From IMG/VR virus record IMGVR_UViG_3300025621_000004: a DNA stretch of 64,000 nucleotides; one strand, given 5' to 3'. Position 1 is the stretch's first letter, and the number at the start of each line of letters is the position of its first letter. Positions 57,766 through 64,000 of this stretch are shown piece after piece. The notes beneath the pieces are model-generated. The model had not been told where the DNA came from, made no database searches, and worked only from the letters and a program-made list of their open reading frames with translations. Position numbers and translations under genes: made by a program. The DNA is from an uncultured virus (IMG/VR IMGVR_UViG_3300025621_000004) (taxonomy: Duplodnaviria > Heunggongvirae > Uroviricota > Caudoviricetes).

Positions 57766-58827
57766 ATGAGTAAGTTAGCAATCTTAAATGATACGCATTT
57801 TGGTGTAAAGAACGGTTCACAGATCTTCTTGGATTATTCAAGTAAGTTCTTTTCTGAAGTATTCTTTCCATATTGTCTAGAACATGATATCAAACATGTG
57901 CTGCACTGTGGCGACTACTTTGATCATAGAAAGTTCGTCAACTATAAAGTCATGCAGCATTCATTCGATGCCTTCATTTCAAAACTCTATGAGTATGACA
58001 TGACGATGGATATTGTTCCCGGCAATCATGACGTATACTATAAGAACACCAATGAACTCAATTCGTTAGAACAAGTTCTTGGTCAGTATTCTGATCGTGT
58101 GCACATCCACATGAATCCAATTGATAAAGACTTTGATGGACTGAGTATAGGATTCCTCCCATGGATGACACAAGATAATTATGACGAATGTACAAAGTTC
58201 ATCGCGACTTCAAAATCGCCTGTCATTCTTTCGCACTTAGAACTACAGGGATTTATAATGGGCAAAGGATTGCCAGTAGCATCTCATGGTTTAAACTCAA
58301 GTTTGTTTTCTCGCTATGAGATGGTTCTATCTGGTCACTATCATACCAAATCGACACAAGGCAACATACACTACCTTGGCACACAGATGGAATTGACGTG
58401 GTCTGATGCTGGTGATCCTAAGTACTTCCACGTATTAGACACTGATACACGTGAGTTGACTCCAGTGAGAAATAAGTATTTACTTTTTCGCAGAATAAGA
58501 TATAATGGTACAGAGACAGAGGCTATTACGCGTGATGAGATTAGAGGATCTTATGTTAAAGTTGTAGTAGTATCTAAAAAAGACCTATATGAGTTTGACA
58601 AGTTTATTGATCGCCTTCAATCGTATGAACCCTTCGAAGTAAAAATCGTTGAAACATTCGAAGAATACACTGGTGAAAATGTTAATGATGACGATATATC
58701 AACAACCGATACACCGACATTGCTTAATACCTATGTTGACTCTATAGAAACAGATCTCGACTCTGATAAACTAAAAACCATGCTACAAGAATTATTCGTC
58801 GAAGCACAACAGCTTGAATCTATATAA
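57766..58827 (+). CDS. gp47: Recombination endonuclease subunit (Mre11/SbcD-like)
   Basis: DTHFG, GDYFD.RK, GNHD.YYKN, SHLE, SGHYH. Confidence 0.96.
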   Translation: MSKLAILNDTHFGVKNGSQIFLDYSSKFFSEVFFPYCLEHDIKHVLHCGDYFDHRKFVNYKVMQHSFDAFISKLYEYDMTMDIVPGNHDVYYKNTNELNSLEQVLGQYSDRVHIHMNPIDKDFDGLSIGFLPWMTQDNYDECTKFIATSKSPVILSHLELQGFIMGKGLPVASHGLNSSLFSRYEMVLSGHYHTKSTQGNIHYLGTQMELTWSDAGDPKYFHVLDTDTRELTPVRNKYLLFRRIRYNGTETEAITRDEIRGSYVKVVVVSKKDLYEFDKFIDRLQSYEPFEVKIVETFEEYTGENVNDDDISTTDTPTLLNTYVDSIETDLDSDKLKTMLQELFVEAQQLESI

Positions 58828-60548
58828 TGTTACTCTTTGAATCTATATCATATAAAAACTTCCTATCAACTGGCGATAAGCCAACAGTCATTGAGTTGAA
58901 TAAGGATAGTGCCACTCTAGTAGTAGGTGCAAATGGTGCTGGCAAATCTACAATGCTTGATGCTATCTCGTATGCTTTGTTTGGAAAACCACACCGAAAC
59001 ATTAATCGGCCGCAGTTAGTCAACAGCATTAATAATAAGCAGTTGCTAGTAGAAGTTAAGTTCTCTCTTGGTTCAAACAGGTATCGTGTAATTCGTGGTA
59101 TGAAGCCAAACATCTTTGAGATCTATCATAACGATGTGATGCTCAATCAAGAGTCTCACTCACGTGATTATCAGAAGGTGCTAGAGATGAACATTCTCAA
59201 ACTGAACCATCGATCGTTTCACCAAGTAGTTGTATTAGGATCGGGAAACTTCATTCCCTTTATGCAGCTTCCATCGTATCAACGTCGTAGTGTGATCGAA
59301 GATCTATTAGACATTGGCATCTTTACAAAAATGAATATGCTCACTAAAGAGCGTTTCTCTAAACTAAAGAGTGATCTTCTCGATACTGATAATCAATTGA
59401 ATATCATTAAAGAACAGATCACATTACAATCTAAACATATTAGTGATCTTCAGAATATTGATATCCAACGTTCAACAAAGGCGTCGAAGAAGATCGATTC
59501 TCTCCAGTCGGAGATCGAACTACTTGAAAAACGTAATGCATCGTTGAATGATAGTTATACAGAACAACTTCGTCCACTGATATCTAAACTAGAGAAGGCT
59601 CAATCTAAACTAGATAAGCTGACAGAGTATAAGATCCAAATCAATTCAAAGATTAGCGATGTTGTAAAGCACGCAAGATTTTATGAAACAAATAACTCAT
59701 GCCCAACATGTGAGCAGGATATCTCTTTAGAATTAAAGGCGAATAAACATGACGAAGCTTCAGTTACAGCAAAAGCGTTAAGTGATGGTCTAAAGGAATT
59801 AGATATCAATATCGCAGATGCCTCAGAAAAGCTTAGTGTTATTCGAGCTAATCATTCTGAAGTTCAAAGCATACAATCTGATATTAGTTCGAATCAAAGG
59901 CTCATAGGCAATCTACAAGCACAAATCACCGATCTTCAAAAGGAGAACGATATAACAGACGAGCTTACTGATACTGCTGCAGCTGCTCTTGAACTTGATA
60001 CTCGAAAGACACACTATAGCGATACACTTGATAGTAAGTCTAAACATCTCGAGACTCGTTCATATTACGATGCTATTGGTGAACTGTTAAAAGATACTGG
60101 AATTAAGACTAAGATCATTCGTCAGTATCTTCCGATAATGAATAATCTAATCAATAAGTATCTCAACATTCTTGACTTCTTCGTAAAGTTTGATTTAGAT
60201 GAGTCATTTAACGAAACGATTAGATCTCGCCACCGTGATGAGTTTAGTTATGCTTCTTTCTCAGAAGGTGAAAAGTCGCGAATCGATTTGGCATTACTCT
60301 TTGCATGGCGACATATCGCTAAACTAAAGAATTCTACTAACACGAATCTCTTGATTCTTGATGAAACATTCGACTCGTCTCTCGATGTCGATGGAGTAGA
60401 CAACCTCCTTAAGATTCTATATAGCCTTAAGAAAGACTCAAATGTCTTTATCATATCTCACAAGAAGGATGTTCTCGATGGAAAGTTCCCTCGTAAGATC
60501 GAATTCGAGAAGGTAAACAACTTCAGCCAAGTCAAGAAAGATGGATAA
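58827..60548 (+). CDS. gp46: Recombination ATPase subunit (Rad50/SbcC-like)
   Basis: KNFLSTG, GANGAGKST, CPTC zinc hook, FSEGEK.RIDLA, LILDE.FDSSLD, ISH. Confidence 0.96.
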   Translation: MLLFESISYKNFLSTGDKPTVIELNKDSATLVVGANGAGKSTMLDAISYALFGKPHRNINRPQLVNSINNKQLLVEVKFSLGSNRYRVIRGMKPNIFEIYHNDVMLNQESHSRDYQKVLEMNILKLNHRSFHQVVVLGSGNFIPFMQLPSYQRRSVIEDLLDIGIFTKMNMLTKERFSKLKSDLLDTDNQLNIIKEQITLQSKHISDLQNIDIQRSTKASKKIDSLQSEIELLEKRNASLNDSYTEQLRPLISKLEKAQSKLDKLTEYKIQINSKISDVVKHARFYETNNSCPTCEQDISLELKANKHDEASVTAKALSDGLKELDINIADASEKLSVIRANHSEVQSIQSDISSNQRLIGNLQAQITDLQKENDITDELTDTAAAALELDTRKTHYSDTLDSKSKHLETRSYYDAIGELLKDTGIKTKIIRQYLPIMNNLINKYLNILDFFVKFDLDESFNETIRSRHRDEFSYASFSEGEKSRIDLALLFAWRHIAKLKNSTNTNLLILDETFDSSLDVDGVDNLLKILYSLKKDSNVFIISHKKDVLDGKFPRKIEFEKVNNFSQVKKDG

Positions 60549-60756
60549 CTACAAAAAAGATGTTGCTAATAATATAATCGCGCTCGCGAGCACGCGCGCG
60601 CAAGATGATCCACAGCAGTTAGATAGCCAGATCTTCGAATCCTATTTCAAGAAAACCCTTGCGCCAGCGTTTAAAGCCGAATATGGCTTCAATATAAGGT
60701 ATGGTACCTTTGATTCTATCATTCTCCAGGCGTCAAGGGCTCTAGATTTGCCCTAA
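60541..60756 (+). CDS. Hypothetical protein (71 aa)
   Basis: ATG overlaps the gp46 end; fills the gap before the early promoter. Confidence 0.5.
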   Translation: MDNYKKDVANNIIALASTRAQDDPQQLDSQIFESYFKKTLAPAFKAEYGFNIRYGTFDSIILQASRALDLP

Positions 60757-60824
60757 TTTTACAATTTTTGCACGGTCTACAGGTCAAAGTGCATAAGTGA
60801 TTGATATTCAGGTATATAGATTTG

Positions 60825-60860
60825 TGTACATATGTGCTCAAATATAGTATAATAGATCTA
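60825..60860 (+). promoter_or_regulatory. Early sigma70-type promoter
   Basis: TGTACA-N17-TATAAT (60848-60853); shares CTCAAATATRGTATAATAGATCTA with the promoter at 63190. Confidence 0.75.
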
Positions 60861-60874
60861 GAATCAAATAAGTT

Positions 60875-63121
60875 ATGGAAAAAATACTCGACCTTCAGAA
60901 CCAGTCCTCCTTGGCCAAGCTATTGGCTACTGAGAACATTACTGTCACTCACAGCAAGTCCTTATCAACCGCATACTTCGACGTTAAGAATCGTGTGCTT
61001 GGCCTTCCAGTTTGGAAAGACAAAGGTAAGGTTGTGTATGACATGCTTGTAGGCCACGAAGTCTCACATGCTCTTTATACAGACCACGCAGAATTTGAAA
61101 AGTTCATCGAGGAAGAAGGTCGTGGCAATTTCGATATTCTAAACATCATCGAAGACATTCGTATCGAGCGTCTAATCAAGATGAAGTATGCTGGTATGCC
61201 TCGTATTTTCAACGGTGCATATAAGCAACTCGTTGAAGCTGACTTCTTTGGCACAGCTGATAAGGATATTGCAGCACTATCATTCTTAGATCGCTTAAAT
61301 CTTCGTGCTAAAGTCGGACCATTTGTTGATGTTCCTCTTAACGCTATTGAGGAAGACATTTTTAATCGCTGCCTTCAAGCCGAAACCTTTGACGATGTTG
61401 TTAAGCTCTATCACGAAGTGAAGAAGTTTATGAATGATCAGAAGAAAGAGGAACAGCCTCAAGACGAGGACGAGCAATCAACTGAAGAAGAACAATCTAA
61501 AGGTGATAGCGACGAAACTACTGAAGACGCTCCAATGGACGAGTCACCAAACGAGTCCTCAGACGACTTTGGTGCTGATAATGTTGAAGACGACGGTGAA
61601 GAATCTTTTACTCAAGATGTTATCGATGCATTAGAAGACGATGGCTCTACTGAAGAAACTGAAACAGTACAGTCTAATCAAGAACCTGATTCAGCAGCAC
61701 CATCAGCAAGTGAAGGTGCATCTGAGAAATCTGACTCAAACGGTGAGGATATCGATCTCACTAATCAATCTGAGACTATGAAGTCTTTTGATGAAAATGC
61801 GATTGAAGAACAAGAAACTGATATGTACGGTCGCAATCGTACTCCAGCAATTTGTCTATGGCCTACAAAGACCACTGTCGAAAAGCACATCATCCCATAT
61901 AAGTCGGTGCTTTCACAACGATCAGACACAAGCGGAGATCCTGAATCGTATGATCAAGAATATTTAGAATTGGTCGCGACTCGCTCAATCGAATTTAAGA
62001 AGAATCTTAATAAGAAAGTTGGAGTTCTCGTCCGCGAGTTCGAACGTCGTAAGGCTTCATACCAATACTCAAGAGCACAAGAATCTCGTCGTGGATCTTT
62101 GGATGTCAACAACTTGCATAAGTACAAGTACGATGATCAAATCTTCCAAACAACGATGAAGTTGGCAGATGCTAAAAGCCACGGAATGATCTTCTTTATT
62201 GACTACTCTGGCTCAATGAGTCACGTACTCAGAGACGTCCTTGAGCATACACTCAATTTGGTACACTTTTGCAAGAAGGTTGGTATTCCATTCGAAGTCT
62301 ATTCATTCACTTCTAACTACTCTCTTGACAACAAGGATATAGGACAGTCTGAATATGAATTTGATATGAAGAATCTAGTTCTCGCTAACTTGTTCTCAAG
62401 CGATATGTCAAAAGCCGAATACAAAATAGCGTTTGATCAAGTAGTCAATCAGATCTCCTTCTCAAATGTCGGCTCATTCTCTCAACATGGTCTATCACCG
62501 TTCGAGCACCTCGGCGGTACACCATTAGACGCTGCACTTATAGCAGCACATCACGTGGTAAAGAAGTTCAACAAAAAGCACGGTGTCCAAAAGACAAATG
62601 TGATTTTCCTCACTGATGGTGAATCGCACTCGTGCTTCCCTGCTAATGTTCGTTATTGCGCACCATCATTTACAACAATTGTTGGAGGAAAGCAATATAG
62701 TCTTCCACGAAATGGACAAACACCAGTATTCACCAAGATGTTAGGTGATATCACTGGAGCAACAACTATTGGATGGTACTTACCCTCACGTAAAGCAACA
62801 GCTGTAAATCACCTTCGAGCTATGGCATTCTCATCTGCAAAAGCACTGCACTACAGCGAAACCACCAAAAAGTGGATAAAGCAATATGGTAAGGATGGCT
62901 TCTTCAATGCACTCAACTGCTTTGGCTATGATTCGTACTTCCTTCTCAATTCAGATATCAAGATCAAAGATGAGGAGTTCGCCTATAAGCCAAATACTGA
63001 CAAATCTCTATCTGACAACCGCGGTGAACAATCCAAGTTAGCTCGTGAATTCGCGAAACACAATATCAAGAATCGCCAAAACCGCATTATCATGACAAAG
63101 TTTGCTGAAACAATTGCCTAA
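60875..63121 (+). CDS. HEXXH metallopeptidase-like plus vWA domain protein (CobT-like partner)
   Basis: LAKLLATENI.V, GHEVSHALYT (HEXXH), NIIEDIRIE, acidic linker, MIDAS DYSGSM, GGTPL, FLTDGE. Confidence 0.85.
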   Translation: MEKILDLQNQSSLAKLLATENITVTHSKSLSTAYFDVKNRVLGLPVWKDKGKVVYDMLVGHEVSHALYTDHAEFEKFIEEEGRGNFDILNIIEDIRIERLIKMKYAGMPRIFNGAYKQLVEADFFGTADKDIAALSFLDRLNLRAKVGPFVDVPLNAIEEDIFNRCLQAETFDDVVKLYHEVKKFMNDQKKEEQPQDEDEQSTEEEQSKGDSDETTEDAPMDESPNESSDDFGADNVEDDGEESFTQDVIDALEDDGSTEETETVQSNQEPDSAAPSASEGASEKSDSNGEDIDLTNQSETMKSFDENAIEEQETDMYGRNRTPAICLWPTKTTVEKHIIPYKSVLSQRSDTSGDPESYDQEYLELVATRSIEFKKNLNKKVGVLVREFERRKASYQYSRAQESRRGSLDVNNLHKYKYDDQIFQTTMKLADAKSHGMIFFIDYSGSMSHVLRDVLEHTLNLVHFCKKVGIPFEVYSFTSNYSLDNKDIGQSEYEFDMKNLVLANLFSSDMSKAEYKIAFDQVVNQISFSNVGSFSQHGLSPFEHLGGTPLDAALIAAHHVVKKFNKKHGVQKTNVIFLTDGESHSCFPANVRYCAPSFTTIVGGKQYSLPRNGQTPVFTKMLGDITGATTIGWYLPSRKATAVNHLRAMAFSSAKALHYSETTKKWIKQYGKDGFFNALNCFGYDSYFLLNSDIKIKDEEFAYKPNTDKSLSDNRGEQSKLAREFAKHNIKNRQNRIIMTKFAETIA

Positions 63122-63189
63122 TTTCTCAATTTTCGAGCAGCCTTTATATCAAATTACACAAGTTACTGATAGCCAAGAACATAAAACCA

Positions 63190-63225
63190 TTTACAATATA
63201 CCTCAAATATGGTATAATAGATCTA
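63190..63225 (+). promoter_or_regulatory. Early sigma70-type promoter
   Basis: TTTACA-N17-TATAAT (63213-63218) with extended TGn. Confidence 0.8.
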
Positions 63226-63244
63226 TAACCAACCACTAAAGATT

Positions 63245-64000
63245 ATGACAAAAGAAAAACTCACAGAAACGCTCAAGGGGACCGGTAAGACCTCTTTTAC
63301 TCGCCAAGAAATCCTCACCATCGGCCAAAATGCTGGCATGGAAGACAGGGATATTTTTAAAGCACTAAATACGCTCCATCGTGTAAAACGCGGTATATAC
63401 TCAGTTGACGCTGTTCCAATCCAAGCTCCAATCCAAGCTCCAATCGCGAGCAGCATCATTGAGAACAAAGTAGCTCTACGCGGCGTATCATCTGTCTCAA
63501 GTGACGAGGTGTATGTACCTACAGTAGATCCTACATACATCAAGTGGGGAGAGTATAACGACATCATGAAGATTATCAAGTCTGGCATGTTCTTTCCAAC
63601 ATATATTTCTGGCCTCTCAGGCAACGGCAAAACCATGATGGTTGAACAAGCCTGTGCGAAAGCCAAACGCGAATTCGTACGAGTTCAAATCTCTCCAGAA
63701 ACTGATGAGGACGACCTAATTGGTGGCTTCCGTCTTATTGATGGAGAAACCGTTTTCCAAAAAGGTCCAGTCGTAAAGGCAATGGAACGAGGTTGCATCC
63801 TCTTGATTGACGAGATCGATCGTTCCACCAACAAGATCATGTGTCTTCAAGGTGTGCTCGAAGGCAATCCAATTCTCCTTAAGAAAACTGGAGAAGTGGT
63901 TCGACCTGCTGATGGATTCAACGTCATTGCAACCGCGAATACTAAAGGTCGTGGATCAGACGATGGTCGATTCACTGCAGCATCTATTATCGATGATGCA
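63245..64000 (+). CDS. CobS/MoxR-like AAA+ ATPase (3'-truncated)
   Basis: Not in the ORF track. Manual translation from ATG 63245: GLSGNGKT (Walker A), ETDEDDLIGGFRL, LLIDEID (Walker B), IATANTKGRGSDDGRF. Confidence 0.9.
   Translation, partial: MTKEKLTETLKGTGKTSFTRQEILTIGQNAGMEDRDIFKALNTLHRVKRGIYSVDAVPIQAPIQAPIASSIIENKVALRGVSSVSSDEVYVPTVDPTYIKWGEYNDIMKIIKSGMFFPTYISGLSGNGKTMMVEQACAKAKREFVRVQISPETDEDDLIGGFRLIDGETVFQKGPVVKAMERGCILLIDEIDRSTNKIMCLQGVLEGNPILLKKTGEVVRPADGFNVIATANTKGRGSDDGRFTAASIIDDA

Noticed and set aside
44328..60548. Introns, inteins or homing endonucleases in gp17, gp20, gp23, uvsW, gp46/47
   Set aside because: All are uninterrupted and of ordinary length, with no intein or endonuclease motifs.
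60578..60601. GC-rich palindromic stretch (gctcgcgagc...gcgcgcg)
   Set aside because: Short, inside a plausible ORF, with no U-tract or second copy.
1..64000. Stop-codon reassignment, tRNA genes, CRISPR arrays
   Set aside because: Core genes are intact in the standard code and end in TAA or TAG; intergenic spaces are tiny and show no cloverleaf or repeat-spacer pattern.

Overview
A 64-kb segment of a T4-like (Tevenvirinae/Kyanoviridae-like, probably marine or environmental) myophage genome. It holds the virion morphogenesis cluster. On the minus strand: a truncated tape-measure-like gene, gp51-like, gp26, a gp54/gp19-like gene, gp2 and gp4. On the plus strand: gp48, 53, 27-like, 5, 25, 6, a 3241-aa gp7-like protein, fibre genes, gp8, a VrlC-like protein, LRR proteins, gp13-23 and gp3, then uvsY, uvsW, gp55, gp47, gp46 and an early-promoter HEXXH/vWA plus CobS-like AAA+ pair. 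All product calls come from my own motif and synteny recognition, not database searches. Most notable observations: (1) a canonical T-TTT-TTC slippery site at the end of gp26 whose -1 frame runs into the gp51-like peptide directly upstream of the tape-measure gene, a candidate lambda G/GT-type programmed frameshift in a T4-like phage; (2) late promoter boxes (NATAAATA) mostly 4-8 nt before start codons, implying mainly leaderless late mRNAs, while high-copy structural genes keep leaders; (3) a near-consensus antisense sigma70 promoter back-to-back with the gp55 promoter; (4) nested domain insertions in the giant gp7, with a module apparently shared with the tail sheath; (5) paralogous plant-type LRR proteins and a GC-rich fibre tip in the adhesin region. 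I saw no tRNA, CRISPR array, intron, intein or reverse transcriptase.
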